From the human T2T-CHM13v2.0 reference genome, Homo sapiens, in assembly GCF_009914755.1 (NCBI RefSeq), contig NC_060947.1: DNA of 64,000 bases; one strand, written 5' to 3'. Both the position numbers and the translations under genes were made by a program. Of this stretch, positions 42,845 through 58,600 are shown in pieces (position 1 is the first letter of the stretch; the number at the start of each line of letters is the position of its first letter). The notes under the pieces were generated by a model. The model did no database searches. It was given only the letters and a program-made list of their open reading frames with translations, and was not told the origin of the DNA.

Positions 42845-45800
42845 GGTGCCATGAGTGAGAGTGAACCTCCAGAGTTTATGATCATTTGATACCTAGGAGC
42901 TGTGTTGGACTTGACATAGCCAAACCTTGATCAGACTGTTGATGGCCTACATGTGATGTAGGAAATATATGGGACATTGTGTGATTGTCTTTAATCAAAC
43001 CATAAAGCTAGACCACACTGCTTTAGGCCTAGACAGAATTTCCTCCAAAGGGAATATGTTGCCACTGTCAGATTCAATGTATGAACAGGAAATGAAGACC
43101 TAGGAGGCAGGCCTTACCTTGACTATGAATGAAGAAAAAGTACTCCTTTCAGTATCTGGAGCTGGTGAAAAATTTGGCCTTGAACTCCACCTTGTGGACA
43201 GATGTGGAGATGCTATAAACACTTCCAGTGGTTGGAAGGTGAGCTGTCTGAAGCCAAGTGAAGGCAGAAAAGGAAGACAGACAGGAGAGTCAACTTGGTA
43301 GGAGACTCTGGGATGCGTCTGTGCCTGAATAGTTGTAATTATATTCAGTGTAGCATTTTCCTTCTTACATTCCAAAACTTTCAGTAAAATCTTGTAAACG
43401 CTTACCTTATGCCCACTCTTAGGATTAAATAGAAAAGAGGCCATCCTGTTGGTTTCACAGCAGTCACCCATGAAGAACAGCTGTTCCTAGGAGAGATGAT
43501 TGCCCAGGGTTTAGCACCACCAGAAGCAGGAACATGCTACCGTCACAAGACTGGAGCAGAAGATCCTGAGAGGCTTGCTCATGAGCACATGTGGGGATAA
43601 TAATATTAAGGATAAATAATCTGAAAGCTCTGTAAATGGTGAAACCCTTTTAATTAACAGTATTTACCTGAGGACAGGACTCAGTGAGGTAAATATGATC
43701 TTATGTGGAGTCTTGCAATAAGTTTGTCTCCCAGCCTCCAGCCACTCCAGCCCTAATATACATATACCCTTTATACTTCTGGACCTTTTAAAGCATGCAT
43801 CTGATCCTACTGTCACTGCTCAAAATCATCAGTACTTTCCCTTCTGCCTGCAGAACAGATTCCAAATTCCTTAAACCTTCATTGAAAGGCCATTGTAGAT
43901 TACAGTGTTAGATTAAACTCAACATATATTTCCAACCTCAGCAATCTCTATACATCTTTTCACTATCTTTAGGTATATGAGAGTCCTAGCTGTTCTACAA
44001 AACCTGATAGTGTAATCTGGCAAACATAGTAATTTTGGCTTTTATCCAGCTTGGCCCTGCTGTTTTTTTTTCAAGAGGTCTGAGTCTGCATTGGTTACCA
44101 AGAGTTTCTTAGTCAAGCCCTACCTATATGGCAGTCAGTAGGAATTTCTGCCAGAGTATGGTGAACCAATCATTGAGATTCTCCAGTCCATCATGGATTA
44201 TTCAGTGAGAGAGTAAAAGTGGATGAAGCATCACCAGTTTGCCACCATCTTAACCCAGAAACAAAAACACAGTAAAAAGGAAAGTACACTAAAAGAACCA
44301 AACAGCAAACAAAACAACCAGTATTCCAAGTGAGATTTATTTTGTTATGTTCTATTTTTTTGTTAGTGGCCTTTTAAGCTGCAAAATATAACTGAATATG
44401 AATTAAACTGTAAACACATAATTGACACATTTATCTATTTTTCTCAGAGACAAAGGCACAGTGCTAGTTTTTCGGTGAAAACATTCTAAACCATGTTAAA
44501 ACATGTCCAGTTTGTAACCGGCCTTTAGAATTTGTATAGGGCTGATTTTCTGCCTAGAAACTGATGCTATTATGTCTCTTCCAGCTTTATTAAAAAGGAT
44601 TTTTTCCTGTATGTTTATATCAGATCTAAAGCCCTCACAAAACATGAAGATATAATTAAATGTAATCATTTTTGCTGATTCTCTGGACTTGGTCCTAAGG
44701 TAGATAAAATTAAGACCTCGTTCATAGGACAAGTTGGTCATTTATCCAGTGTCTACCTATGACCATTGTTGTCCATATGCTGACTTAAAATTGCCCCTTC
44801 ACGATTCATGACACAGCACTGTCAACAACTTCACACGTGTTTTCACACTCTAGTTCTGCTTGGATCCTCACTAAATCTTGTGACGTACTCAGATCAGATT
44901 CTGGTTCCACCTGACAGACCAATGTAACTATTCGGAAGAGAAGTTTGGTATTCTCTAGCAAAATCGAAGATGTGCCCACCCTATGACCCAGCAATTCTAG
45001 GCATATGCACAACAGAAACTCATGTGCAAAAGGAGAAATGTGTAAGGATATTTTAGAACAAGAATTAAAAACAAACAAACAAACAAACAAAAAATCCCAA
45101 ACTAACAATTACCTAGATATTCATTCTTTGGGAATATATACATTGTGGTATAGCCTCAAAATGGCATTTTATATATCCATATGAAAAGGTCACAAAAATA
45201 GAGTGAAAAAAGCAGGACACAAAAATACTGGCATAGTACACTATATGGGTAAAAATTTAAAACATGAAAACAATATATATTTTGGGGATACATATATAGT
45301 GAAAAAATAAACTAGTAGGAAGGACATATCAACTACAGTTCAGCGACAAAGGAAAAAAATGGGGTTGGAATAAAATAAGAACTAAAAATGTATCTCTCTT
45401 TTTTAATTTCCTTCATTAAAAAAAAAAGGGACAAAAGAAGAAGGGGCAGCAGCAGTAGCAGCGTGGCTTGGGAGTCAGACATACTGATTTAAGATGTGAC
45501 TCCTATAGGACTTTACTGTTACTTTAAACCCTTTCCACTCTCTGGACCTGTTTCATACTCTGTACAAATGAGGAGGGAGACTAGACAATCTCAAGGCCCG
45601 CACAGCTCTTAAATTCTATTTTTCTGTCCTTACCACCAGTCCTTGTCTGTATATGCTTACATTCTTAATTTCCATATACCCAGTTAACAATCTTCTGTAC
45701 ATCTAAGTAACAAATTGGCATTTCCTTTCGTGGTACAGAACATTACCGGCATTAAAAAGAAAAAAAATAAAAAGAAACATATTAGTTAAAATCTTTTTTT

Positions 45801-45904
45801 TTTTTTTGGTAAGTGCCAGAAAATGAAAGCAATGTATTGACTAATAATACTGGGACAAACAGAGGGAAGAAGAGGCCTAAAGCCTCTCTAAATCCACAGA
45901 TTCA

Positions 45905-46225
<321 letters not shown>

Positions 46226-47104
46226 TCAAATGTTATAATCATGATAAAGTTTTTGTTTGTTTGTTTCATTTTGTGATTTGGTTTTCCCCCTGTGGGTACC
46301 TTTATTCTCATGCATATCTTCTCTATATACTTTCAAAGGTGGCCAGCTAAAGGTCCAGGTTTATGACATTGTTGATGTAAACTTTAAACTACCAATGGAT
46401 AAAAAGTTCCTCAACTTCAAATCCCAAAAACTACAGCTTTAAACTCTCTTATAATTCCTATCATGGCATAGATGAGCACTGCAGACATTAAACTGGTTTC
46501 TGGATTTTATACTTATTTCCTATCTGCATTTTCCTGCAAGAGTAATATTCACTCACGGATTTATGGTAACATTTTTTTAAACTTAAATATCCCATTACAC
46601 TTCACAAGCGTATCTTTGCTCATTATATGACTAGAGCATCACAAAAAGCCTGTGAGGTGCATGGCTTATTGGTGCCATACCCCACCCTCAATTCCCTGTG
46701 CCTTTCATTTTGTTTCAGGAATTAATGGGTCCAAAAGGAAGAGAAGTTGACTGACTTCCTCATGTCTCACAGGCAATAGATGGTAGAAGTGGAGCAAGAA
46801 GGTTCTCCAGTATCTGCTGCTTCCCCGAGTTTGTTCACAATGTACAGCTCAGTGATGGGTGAAAAAACATCTTTGTTGTCCTGAGGCTGGCCAGAGATAG
46901 ACACTTGACTCCATCGTTACTTGGAGAGGTACTACATCCTCTCAGGGTAAATGGGCTCACCCTGGACAGCATCACGGACCACCCAGGATCATGATGGAAT
47001 TCTCAGGGCCAGAAGCAACATATGGAGAAACCCCTTATCCTGAATGCATCCAGGTCAGGCTTGAGCTATAACTCCTGCCCAGATTCAGGGGAGCTGGAGC
47101 AGGA

Positions 47105-47275
47105 AGTTTAGGGTCTGGTGTTAGGAGCCCAAGGTTGGAGTTCCAGCCCCACTGCTGATTAGCTGTGGGACCTGGGAGACCTGCCACTTCCCTTCTCAGT
47201 TTCTTCTTGTGAGAAAAGGGAGGGAAACATCTGACTTCACAGAAGCACTGGAAGTTATCATCTGAAAGAATGGCC
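47105..47275 (+). mobile_element. MIR fragment
   Basis: AGCTGTGGGACCTGGG..CTCAGTTTCTTC core. Confidence 0.55.
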
Positions 47276-48789
47276 GTAAGATTGTTACTGTCACCTCAGT
47301 TCTTTTCTCCTCCAGTGCTTCTGTGTACTCTCGTGGCAAATCCCTTCTACTTGTCTTGAGAAGAAAATACCCAGGGCCAGCATTGCTTCTCTCAGCCAGT
47401 CACTTAGTCAAAAAATACTTTCTGATGCCCCAGAAAGAACCTTGTCTGTGCTGGGCAATGTCTAGAATATGAAGAGGAATTCAACCACACAGCTGTTGCC
47501 TCTGAAGAGATCACAGAGAAGCTGTCATTCTGGGGGAACAGGAGGTAGCAGTAAATACTATAACAAAGGGATAAAGGATATAAGAGTAAAGAGCGATCAA
47601 CTGACCAAGCTGTGGAGTTAATTAAAGACTTCAGATATGAAATGTTTAAGTAAATCCTGTTTCCACCCAGGTAATACAGTGAGAGGAAGCACATTCCAGG
47701 CAGGAGAAACAAGTGCAAAAACCAAGAGACTTGAAACAACTTGGACTGTTGAAGGAAATGGCCTGAAACATAAGGACCAGGGAGTAGTAGTAAATAGTGC
47801 AGTAGTAAATAGTTAAGCTACAAAGGTAGAAAGGAGCCAGATCATGAAGGGCCTTGAATGCTGGGCTGAAAAGGTGGTCTTCATTCCAGGCAAATTATGT
47901 AATGCTGTCATGCAGTTTAGTGGCCCCATTTGTCATGCAAAATTACAAACTGCATTTCCATTCTGTGAAACTATCCACTTTAAAAGGCATCATCAATTTC
48001 AGACAATACTGATATGTTAATATTTATTCCAAAACCTGCCTTTCCTTGTGCAGGGTGATAGTTTTCAACAGTCATTCTTGAGACACCTGTTCTTTTACGT
48101 GCCCCGCAGCTAGTGGTACTCATGTGTGCAGGGTACTCACATTTTAGTGAATGAGGGGAAAAAGGAGAGTGAGAGACAAGGAATAAGAGGTGAGGATTAG
48201 AAAACTTTGGGATTTTCTACCCTATCCCCAGCCATCCCACTACTCTTCAGTTCTTTTCTCTCTTCCCATGCAGAATGGAATCTCTTAAGAAACAGTCACA
48301 ATCTCACACAGGGTAACTGATAGCATTCCAAATGTCTGAGGTTTTGGAAAGAAGTGGGCCAAGCACCATTTGAATTACTGTGTGGGTGAATCTGATAGTG
48401 TGTGTGCAGTGATTTGTGTACTTCAGTGTTTAAGCAAGGGAGGCCCTAAGGCCAACGAATATCTACAGTTATCAACAAATATTCAGCAAATAATAAATCA
48501 ACAGATATCCATGGGAATCAACAGTTTCAACAGACCTGAGTAGTGGGATGAGCAAAGGCTCTGCAAGGTCAGTACTATGCTAGGGTGGGGCTTGACTACT
48601 GGGGACCCCGCTGAGGCCATCTGCACTAGAAATATTTTGTGTTCCATAACTAAATGCTGGTAAGAAGAGGCAGATCACTGAATGATAGCATCTGGGTAGT
48701 GCTTGGCTATGTATGTATAATACAGAGGACTGATATAATAGAGCCGTAGGTTAACTAGGTCTCTCCTTGCATTGGCCTTGACTTCCTTC

Positions 48790-48920
48790 TTTTATTTTAG
48801 TTTTTAGAGATGGAGGTCTCACTATGTTGCCCAGATGGGACTTGAACTCCTGCACTCAGGGATCCTCTCACTTCAGCCATCCCAGCAGCTGGAACTACAG
48901 GCACATACCAGCACGGCCCT
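48790..48920 (-). mobile_element. Free Alu monomer (FLAM-like)
   Basis: GGTCTCACTATGTTGCCCAG..GAACTACAGGC; TTCCTTCTTT on both flanks. Confidence 0.8.
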
Positions 48921-49429
48921 CTAATTTCCTTCTTTAATTAGTCAACTGAGCTTTGAGTTAGGCTTTCAGAGCCCACCTCCCCTCTCTCTCGTTCACGAAG
49001 ACACTGTTTTTTGACACTTGTTCCATCCATTCCATTTGCTTTCTGCCGTGTTATAGGGTTGGAAGAGGATATTTAAAAAATAACTTCTTACCTTCTAGGT
49101 GTTTGCTGTTGGTCTGCTGGTCTCATTCATAACATTGGTGTGGGGTGAAGGAAACCATATTGTCCCTCAAAATCTTTCCAGCTTTAGAGATGTCTGAGGA
49201 AGAAGTGAGTTGCTGGTGCTCACACCGGTGGACACATTACTTTGATACAATGAAAAGAAAGTCATGTATGGGTTCTTGGTGGTGGGCAGGTTTATTCAAA
49301 GGAGCTGAAAAGCAAAAAAAAAAAGTACAGTGGAGGAGCTGACATTTGAGATTAAGTGAAAAAAAAAATTGTCACAAAGAGATTTATGGGAAGGAGGAAG
49401 GCCAAAAAGGACTTCCAAGACATCACACT

Positions 49430-51063
49430 TCGTTTACCTCCTACCTCACTGGTGGTGACTTCTCAGTCTCTTGTTTGTGTCTCCTCTTCTCTCTGATCTC
49501 TTTAAGACCCAGGTCTCTGTCCATGGTCATCTGTTGTTCTCTATGTACACCCATTCCCTAGGGTGATCTCATACAGTCCCATGGTTTTAAGTATTATTTA
49601 CATGGAGAAATTTCCAACTTATGTATCCAGCTTAGTCAGACCTCTCCCATGAACTGCACACTCATATATCCAATAACTGTTCAACAGCCCCACTTAGGTG
49701 TCCTAAAAACACCTTCAAACTCAACTTGTCCAAAACTGATTTCCTAGCCTCTCCTCTTCCTAGCACCCATCCAAACCATAGCCTTCTTCATCTCTATCAG
49801 TGGCAACTCCATCTTCCCAGTTGTTTTTTGGAGCCATCCATGACTCCTCTCTTTCCTTACATTTCACTTCTAATTTGTGAGAAAGTTCTACTTACTCTTC
49901 CTTCAAAATATACCCCAAATTTAAATACCTCTCACCATCTCCATTGTTACCTCTCAGATATAATCTCACACATGGGATACTGCAATACTCTAACTAGTTT
50001 CCCTGCTTCCTCACTCTCTCCTTTATAGCCCGTCCTTAAAACAGCAGAGAGATTTTTTTAGAAACATAAGTGAGGTCAATTCTCTGCTGAAAATCCACAG
50101 TGGGTTTGTGGACATGGGATGCAACACCCAGGTTATGCTTCAGTGATGGACTTATTATGCTGCTTCAGCTCTCACCCCCATTAGAGATTGCCTCAGCTGC
50201 TGAAAGCAACTTTGTCCAATGCAACACCCCTTCCTGGGGCAGCCCATATCCAAAGACGGATTAGTGTAGGGGTTGAAAGGCCTGTAAATATTACCCCAAC
50301 TCTGAAGGGCCATTCTAGTTCCACAGCTTCCTGTGGGTGTGGTTGACACTGTAACTGAGTCTTTTTAGAGCTTCATTTTCTTTGTGCTCCTGCTGCTTTC
50401 CCATTTCTTCCCCAGGTATTGACCCCAAGGGCGCTGCTTAATAAATTTTCTACAAGATTAACTTTGTTTCTGGGTCTGTTTCCTGGGAAAACCCAACTTG
50501 TGACAGGCTCCCCATTTCATGCAGAGTAAATACCAAGTCTTTACAATGCCTTATATTATTTAGACCCTTATTTCCTCTCTGACTTCTCTTATGTCTTTCT
50601 CCTTCACCTATGTAGCTCTAGCTAAATAAGCCTCCCTGTTAGTCTTTGAACATGCCAAAAACACACTTATCTCTTAGGCCCTTTCCTCTAGTAGTTCCTT
50701 TTGCCTAGTATGCTCTTTCTCTAGATATATGCTTGGCTAACTCACTTCCTTCATTTATTTGCTCAAATATTACCTTCTCCATGAAGTCCACCCCAATCTC
50801 CCTATTTACCATGGTGACCTACCACTTCCCTTCCCTCTTATCTTGTTCTAATTTTCTTTTTTATAACAGTTATCAATTTTGACATCCCACATAATTTACT
50901 TATTATTATTATTTTTTTAATTGTTAGCCTCCCCTTGCTTGAATGTAAGCTCCATGAGAACAGGCATCACTGAATGCTTTGTTCATGATATATCCCAAAT
51001 GCCTAGTTAAAGTGCCTGGAACAAAGTAGGCACTGAATAAATTTGTTGAACAAATGAATGAAT
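49430..51063 (+). mobile_element. L2a element (3' part), interrupted by an LTR
   Basis: Pyrimidine-rich L2 body, GAATGTAAGCTCCATGAG, GTGCCTGGAACAAAGTAGGCACTGAATAAAT..TGAATGAAT end. Confidence 0.75.
50108..50504 (+). mobile_element. LTR16-like ERVL LTR
   Basis: GGGCAGCCCATATCCAA; TTAATAAA..CTGTTTCCTGGGAAAACCCAACTTGTGACA end. Confidence 0.6.
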
Positions 51064-51259
51064 TAAGTAGATTTAACAGTAGGAACAAAGTGTGTGTAAA
51101 AGAGGGTGATAGAGAGGGAAGAATATGAATGAGTCATGGCGAAAATCACAGCTGTGAATCACCTGGACTTCCCCCTTGGTGCTACTGTTTCTTTCCCATT
51201 TCTTTATGCAAATATTAGGAAAAAATAATAATTAGACTATTACTTGGCATCAAGAGAGC

Positions 51260-51422
51260 TAGTTTCAGTCCAGCACTCTTACCAGCTGTGTGACCTTGGT
51301 TTCCTTTTTCTCTTTAAGCTTTATCTCCTTATCTGAAAAATGGAGGTAGTAACACACAGCTTCCAGTATCCTGTGCAGATTAAGATGTGCCCAACACATA
51401 CTAGGTGTCCAACAAATGTTTA
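51260..51422 (+). mobile_element. MIR fragment
   Basis: CTTACCAGCTGTGTGACCTTGG..ATCTGAAAAATGG. Confidence 0.6.
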
Positions 51423-51674
51423 CTGACATCCCGACATCCTCCAAGGGCAAATGATTTAAACTAATAATACAAATGTCTTGTAGTATGTGCTTGAAAATGT
51501 AACCAGAAAAATAGGTATACACATTCATTACATTACATGTGAGCTTCAACTTTATGTTATGCACCTGTTTCATAGATTTGGGGTAGAGGAAGAAATCTGC
51601 CCCATTTCCATTTAATCAGTGACCTCTTAGCCACTTTACTTGCTTTCTAGGATAACAATAGAAAAACATATTTA

Positions 51675-51984
<310 letters not shown>

Positions 51985-53268
51985 AAAAACATATTTAAAA
52001 ACTCCAAAAACATACCAGAAAACAGCAGAGGTATAGTGTTAGCTGTGCAGAACAGTAGAGAAGAATCACAGGCCCTAGGTTTCAATGTTAAACACATTAC
52101 TGAATTAATAGCTATGGATAAATGACATCAGGTATTCCAGCCTTTCAACTTTTTTTTTTTTTCTCTCTAGAACACTCCTTCCTCAAATCATTGCATGGGC
52201 TGGCTTCTTTAGTTATTTGCTAATATCCACTCAGGCCTTCCTCTGAAAACCTTTTGCTGAAGTAGTTCCCTTATTTCCGTTCATCTCTATCCATTGCTCT
52301 GCTTTTTTGTTCTTCATACAACTTATCACTCTCTGAAATTATACACGTTATTTAGGTTATTTGTCTATATCTTTGTTGCTTTTCTCCCCTCTATGAAAAT
52401 GTAAGCTCCCTGACAGAATGGACAGTATCTATCTCATTAATCACTATTGGGCAAATCCATCAAAAAGTAGCTGAATGAATGAATGAATGATTGCATTCAG
52501 GATAATAACCCTGCTCTCTTAACTGTCCAGTAATGTTATAAAGATTAACGAGCTCTCTGGGAAAACAAACTCAGTTCTTAGCAGAGATTAAAAGAGCTAT
52601 GTACATCTAAAGAATTATTTAAATAATTTCTTTCACATTTCAGTAATAGAATTTCTAGACCTATATTCACTAGTTACATGTCACTGGAGCACTGCTAAAT
52701 ATAAAGGTTAACCAAAAGGACATGCGGTTTACCCTCTTGAGAACTAAAGGGAATTCACCTTTATTAAGCATCTGTGCTGCACTATGTTACATGCTAAGGA
52801 TATAGTTTCTCATATACTTCTAAACAGAACTGAGTAAAGAGTGTTACTCTCTCTATCAAGAAGGGGAATAGATTCACAAAGATTAAGTAACTTGCTAGTA
52901 TAGAGCTAGTAAAACCTGGAATTAATGTCCAATCAGCTGACTTTATTGTTTTTTTCACTTATTCCACCCTTTCTTGGGAAGCATGTGGCCCTCAGATCTG
53001 TGCTTCTTAGGCCAAGATCAAGCATAACATCTCCATTGTTGAAATGGGCCTACTTGAAAACAGTGAAAGAAGAAAATAAAACTTTGCTTGTTTACTCACT
53101 GGTTTTGTGAAATCCCAGTGGAAAGAGACGTGGGTAATTTGGAACTTTGTATGATTTGAAAAGCCAAGTTTTTTTTGCCCCAAATTAAGCTTAGTGAGAA
53201 CAAGGGCAAGCAGATGGAAGACTTATTAGGAAATAAGATTGGAGCAAGAAAAACCTAATTTCCTAGAT

Positions 53269-53653
53269 CAGTGTTTCCTAATCATTACTGATGATAAAGA
53301 ATCACCTGAGGTATCTTGTACAGCTGCCCCAGGTCCCTTCCCAAGAGATTTTGATTCATTACATCTAAGATGGGACTCAGCAATTTATATTTAACAATCA
53401 CTCCAGGTAAATCTTATCAGGTAAGTATAGGAAATAATAACTCTGACCTCACTCAATTGCCACCTATAAATCAGTGATTTTCAATGTGGGGTCCCAGCAG
53501 CATCAGTCTCATGTGGGAACTTGTTATAAATATAAGCCTGTGGACCCCACCCTAGACTTGCTCAATCAGAATCTCTGTAAGAGGGCCCCAGAAATCTGTA
53601 TTTTAACAAGTTCTCAAGGTGATTCTGGTGTGTACTAAAGTGAGAGCTACTGT
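53269..53653. mobile_element. Two MER5-type hAT MITE remnants
   Basis: AGAATCACCTG; CAATCAGAATCTCTG..AATCTGTATTTTAACAAG..AGGTGATTCT. Confidence 0.65.
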
Positions 53654-54329
53654 ACTAAATAATCTCTAATTATAGCCAATAATTTAAAAACCTCCAATTG
53701 TTCAACCCCCAGGTGCAAGAAGTGGCGTAGAATGCCCAGTTCAACCCCCAAAAAGGGCATCCACCCAAGATATGCCTCCAAGAGAGAACGTCTCAGAAAA
53801 CACAAAGAGGTATTTGACCAAAGGAGTCACTCAACTGCCAGGATAGGTAGTCCTTGTCTAACAGGTTATGATATATGCTTTGGACCAGAAGCTACTATGT
53901 ATTGTTTCCTATTTCCTCCCTTTTTCAAATGGTAGTTTTGATTATATTTCTCTGGTTATCTCCCCACTAGTGTATATTGGGTATGTTGAGAAGAGTAGTT
54001 TATAATTTAAGTATAGGTGACCAGACTGCAAGGAAGATGGATCTAAAGATGGCTGCATATCAACTAGGGATCTTGAACTTAACGCTAAATGCAGTAACTA
54101 GATAAGACTTCAGGTTTTTCTCCTTTGGGGACATGAATTTATCACACCTACATGTGGGCATTCTTTGAAAGAGGATGTGTAGGAAGAAATGTGTCCATGG
54201 ATACTAGGTATTCAAATGAAGAAGCTATACTAGATATTTGTGATTGGTGAATAGCATTCATTATTCATTTACCCAAAGCCCTTGATTCTACTGGAAATCC
54301 ATCTGGTTTCAGAGAGATATACCCTAGTG

Positions 54330-54866
54330 CAGGGGTCCCCAACCCCTGGGCCACTGACAAATACTGGTCCATGGCCTGCTAGGAACCAGGCTGCACAGCA
54401 GGAGGTGAGTGGCAGGTGGGTAAGCAAGCGAAGCTTCATCTGTGTTTATAGCTGCTCCCCATCACTTGCATTACCACCTGAGTTCTGCCTCCTGTCAGAT
54501 CAGCAGTGGCATTAGATGCTCATAGGAGCATGAACCCTATTGTGAACTGTGCATGCAAGGAATCTAGGTTGCATGTTCCTTATGAGAATCTAATGCCTGA
54601 TGATCTGTTGCTGTCTCCCACCACCCTCATTTGGGACAGTCTAGTTGCAGGAAAACAAGCTCAGGGCTCCTACTGATTCTACATTATGGTGAGTTATATA
54701 ATTATTTCATTATATATTAGAACATAATAATAGAAATAAATTGCACAATAAATGTAAGGCATTTGAATCATCCCCAAACCACCCCCCTCCCCTCACCCAC
54801 CCTGTCCGTGGAAAAATTGTTTTCCATGAAACCAGTTCCTGGTGCCAAAACAATTGGGGACCACTG
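54330..54866 (+). mobile_element. MER1A hAT-Charlie element
   Basis: TIRs CAGGGGTCCCCAA / TTGGGGACCACTG; 8-bp TSD CCCTAG(T/A)G at 54322-54329 and 54867-54874. Confidence 0.9.
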
Positions 54867-55654
54867 CCCTAGAGGTTAGGGATGGAACACCTGACCTTGC
54901 TAAGCCAATCAGTGTATTTCATCCCTGAGATTTTAGTGATTGGTCAAAGTATCTGACCTAAGCCAGCTGAGAATACATCATAGGACACAGGTTATCTATC
55001 TTTCTCTAGATTGGACTGCTGTAGCCTGGAACTGCTGGTCCAATTTTGCTACCATAAGAAAAAACAGCCTGAGAATGAAACTGACACACAGAGGGAAAAT
55101 CCTAAAGAATCATAAACACTGAGCCTGAGCCCCAATTCAAACTATGCCTGAAGCCCATCTGAGCTCTAGATTTTTTTTAAATTTATATTGATCAACGTTT
55201 GGTAACAGTTTAAGCCTGTTTGAAATGGGTTTCCTGTTACATGCAGGCAAGTTCTGTTAGAAAAGGCAAATCAAAGCTATAAATATGAATTTGCATATTG
55301 CAGTAGATGTGAGTGCAAGTTTAAACAGAAAAAAATAATTGTTCATTTCATTTCTGGTTTATTAATTATATAGTACCTTAACTTTCCCCACAGCTTCAAT
55401 ATATAATTGGTTTTCCTTTTAACTTCCCTCAGTAAAAATATACTGGCCTCTCTTGAGAAGTTCCTCTCAGAGAATACGTTATGTTCACATATATTTCACA
55501 TTCTACTTTTGAGAAAAATTGGACTGGCAGAAATTGTGGGTTTGTAGGGTCATGTAAGTTTTCATTAAACTGGGTTAGGGTCTGAAGGTTTGAATTAATT
55601 ACACCTCCTTCCCTTCCAGATTCTGAACCAATTAAAAAATATACACAGGAATCA

Positions 55655-58600
55655 AATAGGGATTAAGATATCAGCTTTAATATATTGTTCAGTGAAAAAA
55701 GCAAAATTCAGAACAGCATGTATAGTATGCCACCATTTGTGTAAAAAAAAAAAAAAAACCTGATACACACATACCCACACACAATATGCTTGTAAATACA
55801 TGGAATATCTCTGGAATGATACATCAGTAACTGGTAACAGTTGTTACTTTTTGAAAATGGGACCAGGGAACTGAGGCCAGGGGTGAGAAGGAGGAAGAGA
55901 GACTTACTTTTTAATAGTATACCCTTTTATACTGTTTGACTTTTACCATAGGCATGTGTTATTTTTCTAAAAAACAATTTATATATTAAAACTGTAAAAA
56001 AGAATCAAAATAGATACCAGCTTTATAGCTGATAGAGCTGGATTGGAGAACATGGCTTGGACCTGAGGCTGAAATGAACTTCTATCATAAGTCTAACGAC
56101 TTTGGGATTCCCCCACCCCAAGGAGAGATAGTTGGGTCTAGAAAGCAGATGTTTACCCAGCCATGTAGTGAAGGACTGCAGTCTTTCCCACATCTTGCTG
56201 TGTGGAACGAACTCAAGATCCAAGAGTGGCCTAAGCTGCCTATCCATTATAACCATTTTCTCAATCTCATCAAGTTATTCCTCCTCCCAAGCATAAGATT
56301 GAATGAGTGTAAGAGAAGATGGGTAGAACTTTCTTCCAAACATTTTTGAGAGATGCAAGTCTTTTCCTTTTCTTGAGTCAGGAGCATGGAGAGAGGAAGA
56401 GGATAGATCCCATCATACCCTTGTACATTTTCATTCTCTTAAGCCACAATGGTTAATGCTCAAGACTCTGGTCAACAAACAGGGCTGTGGCTGTCCCCTT
56501 CCAGGGAGACCAACAGTATCTTAGAAAAGTTCTGCTCCCATCAATGTAAGATTGGTGAGCAGTTGTTTTTGCCCCCAAGAGGCTCTGAAATAAGTCAAAA
56601 TAGAACAGTAATTAAATTAACTCTAAGGCTACATTACACCCTAGACTGAAAATTTGATCACAATTGCAGCCCTAATTTACAATTATGTCCAGCCATATTT
56701 CCTGACATAGCTGACAACAATTATACAATGACTCCCAAAGATAGCATTAAAATACTCCAAATAATACAATATCAACAACATAATAAAAATGCCTTAGTTT
56801 GAACTATATGACCTCACCCCCACCCCATCAACTATTAAACTCCAAGGGAAAAAGGACTGCCCAAAATTAAATTTCTAATTCAAAGTCCAAAATAATTAAA
56901 GTCCAAAATTCTGCCTTTCCCAATTTCTCGTTTTTCTCATTTCAGCCATATAGATCTCACAAAGATGTCTGCCCAGATATGGGGTTCCTTCAGCAGCTGC
57001 AGCCTTGGCTGTCTTCCTCTTGACTGGGTGAAGTTCCTTCAGGACCTCAGGAGTTGAATTAATCTAACCCCACAATTGCATGTCATACATATTAAAGAGT
57101 CCAAAGGGTCAAGAAGACATAAGATTATCACAATATCAACCTCACATCAAAAAAATTAGAAAGCACACTAGTCCCCAGCCACTAGAACAGTTTTTTTAAG
57201 CAAATATATGACCCCAGGACTTAGAACATAGGGCAATACAGACCCACATTGCTGTTGTCAGTCAAACATCATAGTAGAGACTTAGTGGCATCAAAAAGCA
57301 AAAGTAGACAGATAAAACATAGGAGAAAAGAGAACATCTTCTTTGTTTCATCCTCAGCAGGATGCCAATCTGTGCCGGTAGTCTGGACTCCATGACCTGT
57401 GAACTTAAACTAATTTGGAAGATATCTTGCAGTACAGTCCCAATATGATTGTACTGCCTTGAGTCCCAGCCCCAAATGTGCAGAACTCCATGGCCTTATT
57501 AGGCTGTTACTGCTAATGGAGCTTCTGTGAGAACCTCAATGAGAAAGCTTTGGTTTTGGCCAGGTGCTTCTCTCAAAAACCATGCTTGTACTTCAACTTT
57601 TCTTTCCTAGGCTTTGGTTAACCTCCGCCAATGGCTCTTTAATAATGGAAAGCTCAAAGGCCCTTCCATTGTTTACTTTTCTGCCACAGTAGAACTCACC
57701 CTTATCTGCATATAAGTTTCTTAGGGCCAGCCAAGAAACAGGATAGTTAAAAATCCAAACACTAACAAAAATCTATTAGATTTCTATCTACCAATGCCAG
57801 CACTTAAAACATCATTAAGCCTACAGATTACCTACCACTGACTGTGTTCCAAGTCCTGCTGGGATACCATAATAGATGAGCCCACCAGTCCCTGCAAGGA
57901 AGTATAGCCTGCTTTCAGCCATTCTTGGTTCTCACAAGTGCCTTGCCCACCTCACATGCTGGGACTCTGAATTCAGTCTCCTAAGAATCAAATCTAAAAC
58001 TTGAGTCTCTCTTAGCACAGCAAAGAAATCTGTATCTCAGTTTGATTCTAGGTTTCTCCTCTTTCATTTTGAGGTTCTGGACAGATCTGTCCAAACCCAG
58101 CCAAACCCAGCCTTTGCCTGTGACTGAGGGCTCTAGCTAGAGCCTGGCTTAATGCTCCTCTGGGCTGGCAAAGACCATTTGTGCTAAAGTCTGCCTGCAC
58201 AGCTTCTATCAGTTAAAACCTACTCCATGTCTGCAGATACCAGCCAGAGCTATTAGAGACAAGAGAGACCCTAATGCCACTGATGACTAAAACCTTTCAC
58301 TTAAGCTCCACCAGAAATCTTGATCTCTCCACTTGGAGTTTGGTCCCCAAATGCTTGTCTTCTTATCAGTTTTGCAAGGTTTCTCAGCCTATGGTTAGGT
58401 ACTAAAATGCAAAGTAATTACCTTCTTAATTCTAAAACAGTTGAGCAATAGGTGAAAGAACCGGAAAGAGAGCAAAATTATTAGCCTTACTTTTAGTACA
58501 GTTAGAATTGAGAATGCAACTTGAACAAGAGACCAAAATGGGCTTCCCACTCTTTCCCAAGTTAGATTTTTGAAGCCACTTGGGGGAGATTTGAGATTGC

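Noticed and set aside
43661-43695. 9-bp inverted repeat TATTTACCT/AGGTAAATA
   Set aside because: Short and AT-rich; plausible by chance in 64 kb, with no family match.
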